A stretch of 64,000 nucleotides of DNA, taken from positions 248,001 to 312,000 of the forward strand of contig MU005968.1 of NCBI GenBank assembly GCA_010093745.1, written 5' to 3'. Numbering within the stretch: the first letter of the stretch is position 1; every line of letters begins with the position of its first letter. Source of the stretch: Piedraia hortae CBS 480.64. Taxonomy: Eukaryota. The translations under genes and the position numbers were made by a program. A model generated the notes under the pieces. That model was given only the letters and a program-made list of their open reading frames with translations, ran no database searches and was not told the DNA's origin. Below, piece after piece: positions 36,960 to 47,411 of this stretch.

Positions 36960-37258
36960 TCGCCGAACACGAACGAGCCGATCAAAGCTTCGTTCGGTAT
37001 TCGGGTTCCGATTAACAAGCAACGAAAGAACACGAACAGGGTTAGGATTATGTAGTGGTGGCTAGATTACCTAAAAGAGGTAGCGCCTTGCCAAACTCGG
37101 CCTAACTATCTACACCATCACATCACTGGGTCCTCCTTGTACAAGGATTTTTGGATGGAAAACTTGCTGCGAGCATCGACAAAACATCGTGCGCGACAGG
37201 CGCGAAACGCGGAAGCTTCTGGGCAATACTGTTCACCCACAGCTGCATTGGGTCGCCG
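36960..37258 (-). mobile_element. hAT transposase C-terminal dimerisation-domain relic with adjacent GAACACGAAC repeats
   Basis: DPMQLWVNSIAQKLPRFAPVAHDVLSMLAASFPSKN resembles the hAT W...PxLxxxAxDxLSIPAxS motif; GAACACGAAC occurs twice at ~36965 and ~37027. Confidence 0.6.
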
Positions 37259-37618
37259 TGTAGCGATTGGGCTCCCGTGGGTGAGAGTGCGCAGCGGCCC
37301 GAAGAGGACGAAGCGATAGATGGACACAGGGACAGGACAGATGCAGATGGATATGGGTCAATGCCAGTGTCGATATGACAGTGTGGATGACTATATATCT
37401 CTATGAGGGGACGTTCAGAATAAAAATTCTGTACCGGTGGGCCGATAACGTCACGTCGTACACTAGCTGGGCGCATTCACCATGTCACATATGACATGAC
37501 TCTGAGGGAAAACCTCCGTGAGGGAAAACCTAGGATGCAGCTGGTAGTGTAGGAGGTATCGCTGACTTGCTATGCAAGTGCCCCGCACACGCGCTAACGG
37601 CGATGCTTGAATCCAACA
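37259..37618 (+). mobile_element. LTR family 1 copy without TSD
   Basis: TGTAGCG...CCAACA; flanks CGCCG and GAAAT do not match; nearly identical to the inverted copy at 39022. Confidence 0.9.
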
Positions 37619-37979
37619 GAAATGTCCCTTAATATGTAGTTTCGGAATCAGGTAGTTCAGGTCCACGCTGTGACAGTCTCAATCTTGTCACTTGATTACT
37701 TGCCCCCGGTTTCTCAGTTGCAGTATTCCAATGCGGAGCATCTGATAAATGTCGGATCTCAGCCTGAAAACTCGTCCGGTGACAAGCTTATGTCAAGCAA
37801 CCTGTCACAGTCCACCTTAAGATTCCACAAACTTCAGACCGTGATGGCCCGAAAAGAATACTCTGTGATATGCTGATCTCAGGTCTCGTGGAGTTCAGAC
37901 CGTGACAGCCTGAAAATATGACCCTGTGGTACCCTGATTTCAGATTTCAGGTGGTGGCAGCCTGATACGGGATTGGCTG
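37619..37979 (+). repeat. ~400-bp repeat, copy 2 (one tandem unit fewer)
   Basis: Direct repeat of 30325-30744. Confidence 0.8.
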
Positions 37980-38665
37980 TGTAGGGAAGCATGCCTCGAA
38001 AAGGGACCTGGAGCCATTTTCCTTTTTCTACTGCGGGATCTGTGGCATGCGTGAGCCCATCTTCTGCGACAGATTGTGAGCCCGGTAGTGATGAACTCGC
38101 AGAGCAGGCCCCAGAATATTTTTTCTGATCGCTCGGATACCAGCCGGGCAAGGAGGTATCTGGTGTTGTGAGACCGCACGTCCTACGGGCGTCGGCTGTT
38201 GATAGAAATCTTCATTGGAGACTCTCCTCTTCTTCACCACTTTACCCTTTCCATCGTTGTGGGGCTTTGGCGCTCCACCCCGCAAAATCAAAAGGTCAAC
38301 GATTCGAAAGTCGGAAATTTCCATCTCGCTTGGAATTGTTTCCGCCCACTCAGAGGGCTCTGTTTCGGCAGTGGTTATCGCATATGAAATGCTTGAATAA
38401 CCTCATTTATCATCAATACGCGTAATTTATGACATACAGATCCAATAGCTCTCATAAGTAAGTGGTCGGCCACAACTCCGGTGGAGACAGAAAATTGCGA
38501 TATTTGAATCGCTGGTCTCTGCGCAGAATCACCACAAGCTTAAGCAATCAGCGAGAAACATCGACGGGGAAAAATTAGCTCCATCACGCTGACCTGTCTT
38601 GTCTTTCTCGTGTAGAGTTCCTTTGTGGTGTTGTGAGACAGTAAACCCTCTCAAATTGTATACAC

Positions 38666-39415
38666 TGTTGTGCAGTTCGCCACGGAGCGATCCGCAGGTG
38701 ATGACCCACATCCCTGGCAAGGGTTCGAGTACTCAGATATTTTCTTGTAGCTCTAGATACGCGTGTATACTGACACACCTGTGAGGTGCCGCTGCTTATT
38801 AGAACATACACCCAGGTCGCAACTGCGAGTTTAGATAGAGGTCGATGCTTCTCGGGTTTTTACGTCCATAGGATGAAGACTTCCCTGGGACGAGGCATGG
38901 TGCCGTTCATGCTCTGTGCGTGCTCGGTGGCGTGGTCTTGGTGAAGCGGCTAGACCAGGGTTAGCGTGAGGTGAAGTTCCGCACTTCGCCTCACCACATC
39001 ACCTCAACACCTATATATACATGCTGGATTCAAGCATCGCCGCTAACGCGTATGCGGGGCACTTGCATAGCAAGTCAGCGATACCTCCTACACTACCAGC
39101 TGCACCCTAGGTTTTCCCTCACGGAGGTTTTCCCTCAGGGTCATGTCATATGTGACATGGTGAATGCGCCCCGCTAGTGTACGACGTGACGTTACCGGCC
39201 CACCGGTACAGAATTTTCATTCTGAACGTCCCCTCATAGAGATATATAGTCATCCACACTGTCATATCGACATTGGCATTGACCCATATCCATCTGCACC
39301 TATCCTGTCCCTGTGTCCATCTATCGCTTCGTCCTCTTCGGGCCGCTGCGCACTCTCACCCACGGGAGCCCAATCGCTACAATACACACATAGCCACACA
39401 TATATGTGCCTCACA
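38666..39415 (-). mobile_element. Older family 2-related LTR, interrupted by a family 1 solo LTR
   Basis: Its reverse complement shares GCATGAACG, AAAAACCCGAGAAG, TCGACCT and GCGACCTGG.TGTA with 17511/27517; ends ...GCACAACA. Confidence 0.55.
39022..39381 (-). mobile_element. Solo LTR family 1, with TSD ATACA
   Basis: TGCTGG...GCTACA; ATACA at 39017-39021 and 39382-39386. Confidence 0.92.
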
Positions 39416-39689
39416 CACTATTGCCTGCCAAATAATCCGACAGGTGTCAGTGCAATTTCCACGTGGAAATTGTCGCCAGAATCCAGGCGACGAGTATGCG
39501 CATCTTTGATACCAGCGTCCAAGGCGGTTGAGTAGTCGACGGATCGAGGAGGCGCGGCTGCAGTAAAGGACCAATTAATCGTGCCAGGGAAAGGACTTAA
39601 AACCTCGATCAGAGAGTTTTGGTGACAAGCGGCTTCGCCGGTCCTCAGGCAGTGAAAAGATTCCCTGCCATGGTGCTACGTCCTTTTAC

Positions 39690-42583
39690 GACAACTTTTG
39701 AGGGCTGTTGAGCGTTCTAGACTGAAGGGCAGGGATGTCTTCGTGAAATGAGTAATTCTGGACGCTGGTGCTTGAAGAAAATATTGAAAAGTTGTGCCAG
39801 AAGTCTACAACAGTTCGCTGACATTTTAGGGTGGAACGAATTGAGAGATAGGGTCTTGGGTCGATAGTTGAGGACATTTGTACCCTGTGACCACAAACGC
39901 TATTCTGCAATGATATGGAAGGCGTTAGCGAAGGCTTGGCAGCGTGTTTGGACCAACTTAGGGAAGAAATGAAAAATTCATGTTCAGCCGGCGTTTGGAG
40001 TCCAAAAATAAACCGTGTGATGGAAGAAACAAGGTGATGAATTGCTGGAGAAAGAGGTGGACCTGAACGTGGAAGCAACATTAATATAAGCGTTGGAATC
40101 AAGGTAAACCCCCAAATATGGAGTGATAAGAAAGACCAGGTCTGAGAAAAATCTCGAATAGAAACTGGCTGAACATCCAACGATGAAGCATAAAGGTTGG
40201 AGACTGGAATGAAAGACATTTGGTTGCACCAGCAGCAGCGAAGCATTGAAAGAGTTGGCATTCTGAAACATTCGCGGAAGAAAATTTCCACCCCCTCGCT
40301 ATAGGGTAAGGGACAGTAATATGGGCAATTATGTGATACAGTGGCGCTATCTAGCCAGCCAGTCCGACATATTGCCAGCGTACGGTGGGCTTGATTTGTG
40401 CACGTCAATCAGATCTTTCAGGCCCTGCGCATCGCACGCTGGCTGATGGGCGTGCTGGCTAGTAATTGGCGCTGTATCATGGCTGTCTGTATCATATCAC
40501 TGTCGCCCGTTCCACATAGGGAGTGGGAATATCTTCCCGCGGACAGATCATGGGCGAGATTCGGGCGAACCCTCAGCGATGAGCTGTCAAGGAAGTGCCG
40601 AAAAGGAAGTGCTGGCAAGTTCAAGTCTGAAGATGATCTTTGAGAGGAATTTGAACGATCCTCTGTGGCAAGGAAACAGAATGACTGAAGCCAGCAAACG
40701 AATCTATGAGTGGTGTGTGGCCACGAATGACAACATAACAGATCTCCCACTCCGCTCAGGTATCCGCAAAACAAAACCAACTTATAGCAGCGCAATGGAA
40801 GACTAAGGCACAGAAACAATGACAGTTCCAACAAAAAATACAATCTGACCAAAATATTCTACTCTCCCCGCCAGTACCCTTGCCCCCAGCCCATAGGAAG
40901 ATACCAGTACCACGACATATAGCCCCCTCTGTATGTCCAATCCCCCTCCCCCTCCTCACCTCATCACAAACATCCCTCTCCCCCTTGAGAACACCCAGTA
41001 GTAATGTCGCTGAAATGATGTGTCTCCGCCCACCCCAGCAGTTGCTGAAATTGCCCCCCCTCAACCATGTTCCCCGGTGCCACAAAAATGTACTCGAGAT
41101 AAATCTGTAAGTTTCTATCTTTCCGCGAGCGGTCATGTAGTTTACATAGAGAGCAGAGATTGTAAAGACTTCCTTTGCTCCTGGAGAGTTCCATCATCCT
41201 GTTGGATGCGCCCTCCCACCATATTGGCCGCGATTCCCAAGATCCGATGCTTTGAAGGTAGTTTAGGTGGAGCATGCAGGCAATGGTTCCATTTTGGAGC
41301 AGAAATCGTACTTCGTGGTGGAGGTAGGGGTTTTGGAGTAGGCCGTTGTAGTCTAAGGGGCTGAGTGGTCTTGGGCAGGGAACCTGGTTTGCTGGGTGGT
41401 GAAGGTCGGGGAGACGGGGGATGATGCTGGCTTCTGATCTGTATGGAAGCTGGCGTCGATCTGGTTGGCATGGTTTGTCGTGGATTGGGGCTGGTGTGCG
41501 CAAGGGGATTGGCACGTTTCGGGGCTGTTGAATGGGATTGATAGAGATGTTCGCTGCAGCCGGGCGATAGACGGCTTGAGCGCGTGCGGAGGCGCTGGGT
41601 GCCGAATTGGAGGGTTGGGTGATGACTCGACCTATGAATGGGCTGAAAGTGTTTGAAAGTGCTTGAACCCATGGCTGCGGGGCGCGGATATCGAATAATT
41701 GGTGGGTCGATGATATTGGACCCTGAGAAGGCGCGAGTGCAGTAGGTGTTATTTGTGAAAGCGGGGTGATGGCTAGGCCCACGTTTGTGCTAACCGATTC
41801 ATCAACTTGAGGGGTCCATGACGGCGTGCTGGGGATGTCGGGGTGCCGGACGCCTGGGTGGCCCCTGGGTGGAACGTTTGCGTGTTCGGTGTATGTCTCA
41901 ATGAAACGCATATTTTGTGGATTATAAGTTTTGAACCTATGGAAATGATGGGCCTTTGACCCCGGTTTCAGGTTTGTCTCCTGAGTTCTCTGATTTTGCG
42001 ACGGTTGCGGAGAATCATCCTCTGATCTTGAGCCATAGGCAGGGACGTTTTGTTCCGAAAAGTACGGCTGGACACTAGTCTCGGAAAACGAATCCTGGGT
42101 TGATGTGGAGGAAGGCCGTAGCTGTCGGTTGGGCTGATTGCTTGGACTGGTCTGGAACACACGGCCCTGATGGATAGTCGTGTATACCTGAGCAACGAGG
42201 GAAAAACCAGTTCCAAGGTGGGCAGTACGGCGACCAGGCGACTGATGGTTGGAGAAAGTTGAAGAGCGTTGCGGTGACGCAGCAATGACATGACTGCCGG
42301 CATTCATGCGAGCATTAACATCTGGAGGAAACAGGGAGTTATAGTCCGAATGGACCCCTCCGGAAAAATCATCCATGTCACCTAAATCTGAATTCATACC
42401 CGTAAGGTGACTCAGCTGATGCAACCATGAAAGTACCTCGTGGGCGGTTTCCTGTTGCAAAGCTGAAGCCAGTTCATCTCCTCCATAGCCTTTCTTCTCT
42501 TCATCCTTCTTAGCGCGTTTTCCATCACTTGAGTTCGCATTTCCAGGCGGTGAGCTGGTTCTTTGACGCTTGGGAATCGCCAT
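39690..42583 (-). pseudogene. Unknown gene family X, copy A (longest; ~540-aa open N-terminal part, then frameshifts)
   Basis: ORF from MAIPKRQRTSS (42583) with a P/S/Q-rich region, then LPDLHHP...LDYNGLLQNPYLHHEV...; similarity to copies B and D continues in other frames to ~39.7 kb. Confidence 0.6.
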
Positions 42584-43205
42584 AGCAGCTAGAGATCTAC
42601 CGGGTAAGCCTAGCAGTTGCAAAGAATCATGCTGTTCAGGAAGTGTTAGTAATGCTTGTTGGAGACTTCTGGTTGACCAGCCCGTCGGCCGCTTCCAACA
42701 GATAGCTCAGAGACTAAGTAAAACGGTCAAACCTAATCGGTGTTTTTTTTTGTTCTTTTTCTCAAAGGAAACAAAGAGGCCGGGACGAATGTTGCAAGCC
42801 GTCTATCGAAAAGGACTCAATCTTTGTCGACAGACAACGATATGCGCCAGTTTTGGGGCTCGCGGTGTTTGGCGTCTCTTGCAGAATAATCTGTCGTTAT
42901 AACCTGACTCAATCCCTAGCGCTGGCCTGACTGTGCCGCACAACGTTGCAAGCCCACAGAACTCATTGGAGGCCATGATGAGAGCGAGTGGAAGGTCCAT
43001 GAGCGGATCTAAGGCTCACCCAATCATTATATCGGTTCCTAAAGTCCTTTTGTTGATGCCAATTTCCGCGGTCGCGAACATCGGCTACCTAAGTTCGCGA
43101 GCGGCCGGTCGACAAGGATTCGTTCCGTCTTTCAAGACATGTACAGCCTCGCCGTTTACATCGATGGCATACTTTTTGAACAATATGTACGTATGAGGAC
43201 AAGAG

Positions 43206-43308
43206 TGTTGGCATGAAGTCTCGATTCTATGAGTGTACGATGCCAATACGCGAAACCTCTTACACCAGCAGCTGCACCCTATGTTTTGCCTTCACAGAGG
43301 CTTTCCTC
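43206..43308 (-). mobile_element. Truncated LTR fragment related to family 1
   Basis: TGTTGGCATGAAG...CAGCTGCACCCTA.GTTTT..CTTCACAGAGG; close to 53871. Confidence 0.7.
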
Positions 43309-44640
43309 GTTGAGCTGTAACGAGGAAAACGTTTTGCTCCCATGGTTGGTATTGTCCAAGACTGATAGTATGTCAAGTTCTGTGCTATCCACAGTCAAAC
43401 CCTGAGATTCCACATTGTTGGTGCTACAACGCTTGGTGGACATGTTTGCTGGACAGCGTATCAAGAAACTCTCAATACCCTCGTGATTGTTGATGATTGA
43501 GTTGATCAAAGCTGTGAGAAAAGCTGTTTAGCGAGATGACTAAGTAAATAAGAACGGAAGGTGCGATATTGAAACTCACAATCTCTGAAGGCATAAGTTG
43601 AGAACAGGCACCGGAAGGTAGCGGAAAGGAGATTTCGCATGGCCATGCCTTTCTGCAGGTTGTACAGTGTATATAAGATAGTCGAACCTGCAGATGTTAC
43701 GGCTAGGCTGTGTGTGCGCGGGACGACCCGCGCGGCCAAAGCGCACAGGAAATTTGATACACCGACGCGCCCTGCTAGTTGTTCATGGATACGCTCGCTA
43801 CCATGCGTAAATGGGCGGCGCTTCTGGATTAGTTATAGTATCCTAGCTTCCCAGTAGATAGCAGTTTGGATTGTCCTCGTTGTTGTGACTTATTGAGCCT
43901 TTTCCTCTGAGTACCGTAACAGAGGAGTATGGCATGAGGAAGGCGAGCTGACGGAGGGGCAACCAGCTTTTCCTCGCTTGGCCTTTCATCCACCATTTTA
44001 GGTACAGATTTTGGTGGTGGCCCCATTGTCCCTGGTGGATAAATAACATCGGGTAATGGTGCTGCGCGAACATATTCCGAACTGGCTTTACCACTCGATA
44101 TTTTCCGAACCTGTCTGGGAGAGGATGGCTCGTCTGCGTTCGATAGCGTGTGTTCTAGTGTCACGGCTCGAACTATGCTATCCTTATAACTGTGTTGTGC
44201 CTTACGGAAGAGCTAACTACGCTGTGGGCTGGAGGTGAGGTGTCGGGTCACGTGGCTGAGATATGGTTCCGTGACATTTAGTCTGGACGGCATGAACGTG
44301 TTCTGCTGCGGACTTGAGATTTCAAGCAAAGTGCGGAGATTGCGCGCACTTCAGAAGTGGACTCCACCCCAATTTGCGCAAATTGGAAAGGAGTGTCAGA
44401 CGCCAGCACCATGCTTCATTGAGATGGTATCTTTGAGAGCAGTACCTAAGCAAACTAATTCTAGATGAATGTTCAGATTTCATGCGCAACATCACCATGG
44501 AAACCCCCCTCAGCCACCAAAGCGCAGCGAGCAAGTACCAAGCCACGGCGAAGCAAAGAGCATAACGACCAAGCTAGCAGACCACATATAGCTCAACCGT
44601 TGATCGCAACGCCAAGCACACCGGCACAATCCGCAGCACG

Positions 44641-45429
44641 ATGACGTCAAGATGCAGCGCATGGCACACCTCCAACACCTATACCCCGGTCCCAAACCTC
44701 CAAGAAACGCCTGAAAAAGAAGAGATGCAACCAACCCCAAGCCCCTCTCTAGCCAGCAGCGTAATCAACAGCAGCGTACAGTGTCCACTCTCCACACCGC
44801 GTCACAAACCTCTCCTGTCAACTTCTGCCAAACGATCATCCCTGATTCGATTACTCGACGAACGAGTTCAGCAAATTCAGCGTATCATCGCCATAGCAAT
44901 AACGACACACAAGACTATATTTGATGATATCTCAAGGTTATTAGATATTGCCTGGGAGAGCAATACGCCCAGCATCCTGATTCCATATAGTATTAGTCTT
45001 GCGGGGATTGTTTTAGATATGGTCAGAGGAGGAAATGGGGAGTTGGATATGTTGAATGCTCAGCGGACCAGTGAGAGGGACAGAGATGTGGAGAGGTCAA
45101 ATGAGGTCGATGGTGCGCCGCCTGGGAAAACAAAAAGGGATGAGAAAAGTTTACTGCTTATCCTGCATAAACTGGATTATATCTTCGCAAGTCTGATCAG
45201 GGGGCAGGATGTGGCGTCTGGCGACCCGCTCCCGGAGAAAATATCGCAGACGGAGAAAGTGCGGATCCGGTCGCTTGTGTTGGAGAGTAGAGTCGCAGTT
45301 GTGAATTATTGTGGAGAGCTGGAAGATGGCGAGAGCGATGAGGAAGAGGAATTGGATGTGGGACGGGTGTACGAGTTGACGTTGACGGAGATTGGTGATG
45401 GCATGGAGAGAGCCGAGTTTTCCTGCTGA
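44641..45429 (+). CDS. TFB6: TFIIH subunit Tfb6-like conserved fungal protein
   Basis: 262-aa ORF with LHKLDYIFASLIRGQDVASGDPLP, SQTEKVRIRSLV...RVAVV and VGRVYELTLTEIG, as in Pezizomycotina Tfb6 homologues. Confidence 0.7.
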   Translation: MTSRCSAWHTSNTYTPVPNLQETPEKEEMQPTPSPSLASSVINSSVQCPLSTPRHKPLLSTSAKRSSLIRLLDERVQQIQRIIAIAITTHKTIFDDISRLLDIAWESNTPSILIPYSISLAGIVLDMVRGGNGELDMLNAQRTSERDRDVERSNEVDGAPPGKTKRDEKSLLLILHKLDYIFASLIRGQDVASGDPLPEKISQTEKVRIRSLVLESRVAVVNYCGELEDGESDEEEELDVGRVYELTLTEIGDGMERAEFSC

Positions 45430-45674
45430 TATCGACAACCCGTACTGTCATCCGCCCGCTGAAATACCCGATCAATTCCACAGCGTCTTGATAAGTTCTG
45501 CTACGTGATGACCATAAATATTTGTTTTTATATGCAATAACAATACACGAGACGCTCCAACGCTTTTGAAAATGCAGAATGATTTGCGAAATCTTCTTTA
45601 TGTCTTCTTTTGGCAAAGTCTTTCTCTTTCGGGAACTTCTCTTGCAAGCAACTACTCTCTCCAGGAAAGTCCTT

Positions 45675-46856
45675 CTACCATCCGAGGTGTCGATAATGAG
45701 CAGGTCTGCCGCTGTCAGGGTCGCGACCCATTTTCAGACAGCGGTTTTTCCTACCGATTTGCTCTTTCAGCAGCTCCAGTCGGTCGTTGTCGGTCCCAAA
45801 ATAGAAAGAACCGTCGGAGAAACCGCATTGAATGTTGCTGGTTTCCTTACGAAAGTGAGTCTGCTCCAGGCCGGCGGCATCGACGGGCGGCAACAGTATA
45901 TTGCGTTCCTTCGACTCTTGGCTCGCGATGAGGCTCTGGCCAGGCATATGGTGAAAAAGTTCGGGCGTTACAGAGAGACACTTGAGGCCGTAGTCGCGAC
46001 AGCCGACGAGAATAGCGGCGTCAAAGGCGACGAGATTCTTGGCCGGATCCTCCTTGGGCGGCGCAATCTCATCCAAGATGCGCTCGGCCATATTGCGGTT
46101 GATGGCGTAGGCAAAGGTGCACAGCGGCCACACTGACTGGTGAACGACGCGCGTAAACTCGGGCAGCTTAAAAGCCGAGAGCAGCGACGCCGTATAGGGG
46201 TGCAGATCTGTACGATCTGGCATTGTGTGGTCAACGTATAGGGCGTGCGGCACGCCGGCGAGATCGTGCGGATGATGGTGGCCGACGCCCAGCGGCTTGT
46301 TGACGTCGCCAAAGTAGTCGCCGCAGTGGCCAATGTACAGCAGGTCCCAGTCGGCCGTGTAGCCCCATGGATACTGTCTCTGGTCGGTGGTCGTTCGCGT
46401 CAACGCGCGAACCGTCCGCTGCGCCAGCGGGATCTGGATGTTCTTTAGCCGAATGTCCCAGTCCACATCATCCTCGAAGATGACGGCAGTCTCGAGGCCG
46501 GACGCGAGGAATTCGCGCAGCACGACATGGTGGCTGAGCCACGCCTTGACGCTGCCTGTCAGGATGTGAGACTCGGACAGGCCGGACGAGCGGAAGTTGC
46601 GCACATCCTCGTCGGTCCACGCCGTCTGCTCGGGAATCGTCAGTTCCAGCCCCGTCACGTTGGCCGCTTGCTCCAAGTACGGCCGTCGCGGACTGCCGGG
46701 CCCCGACACGACAAAGAGCCCGCCAAAGTCGAGCGTCGCGTTGGCCGGCGGCAGCGGGCGGTGAGCTCGATGAGGGGAGCGGTGGTAGAGCAGCGTGAGG
46801 CCGATCAGAACGCCGGCCAGTAGCATGTAGGGAAGGGGAGAGCGGTGGGCCAGCAT
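45675..46856 (-). CDS. Glycosyltransferase family 25 protein (type II membrane anchor)
   Basis: N-terminal TM segment, AWLSH, AVIFEDDVDWDIRLK, WDLLYIGHC, PLCTFAYAI. Confidence 0.85.
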   Translation of the reverse strand: MLAHRSPLPYMLLAGVLIGLTLLYHRSPHRAHRPLPPANATLDFGGLFVVSGPGSPRRPYLEQAANVTGLELTIPEQTAWTDEDVRNFRSSGLSESHILTGSVKAWLSHHVVLREFLASGLETAVIFEDDVDWDIRLKNIQIPLAQRTVRALTRTTTDQRQYPWGYTADWDLLYIGHCGDYFGDVNKPLGVGHHHPHDLAGVPHALYVDHTMPDRTDLHPYTASLLSAFKLPEFTRVVHQSVWPLCTFAYAINRNMAERILDEIAPPKEDPAKNLVAFDAAILVGCRDYGLKCLSVTPELFHHMPGQSLIASQESKERNILLPPVDAAGLEQTHFRKETSNIQCGFSDGSFYFGTDNDRLELLKEQIGRKNRCLKMGRDPDSGRPAHYRHLGW

Positions 46857-47411
46857 CGTTGCGGCGGTGTGGAGGACAAGTGACGGCGGAGGGGATGGCA
46901 GGTGATGGCCCGAAGGAGGAAACTGACAGCTGATCGAGGGTTAACCTTGACCGCTGATGAAGGGATGGAGGCAGCTGACGGCGGAGACTCCGCCGGACAG
47001 AATCGTCACTCGGGAGCGGAAGAGTCACGCAATGAGTCGCTTTGGTTGCGCCTCACTCGGGTGTGGTTACATGGGTCTCATATACGTACGACGACTGTCA
47101 CTGCCACTGTTGGATCCGGAGGAGCGGACTGCGGTCTGACTGAGGCTGCGCTCTATATATCCCTGACTCGCACAATCCGCTCCTGGAAATGAAGGCTGTG
47201 TGATGGACTTTGTCGCGTGTTGGATAAGCTCAACCCTAAGCCTACGTCGGGGGGAGGAGGCGCGTCGAGGGGGCGATCTTGTAACCCCACCGCCGCTAAT
47301 ATGGAGGTACAGGAGCTCGACCGGACGGCATCGCCAATAAGAGCAGTGTCTAATTACGTGCAACCAGAGTAGGCAAGTATCAATGGTCATTAGATGCTAC
47401 TCCAACCTCTT

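Noticed and set aside
11300..44500. Starship giant transposon as the explanation for the island
   Set aside because: No DUF3435 tyrosine-recombinase captain is recognisable at either edge.
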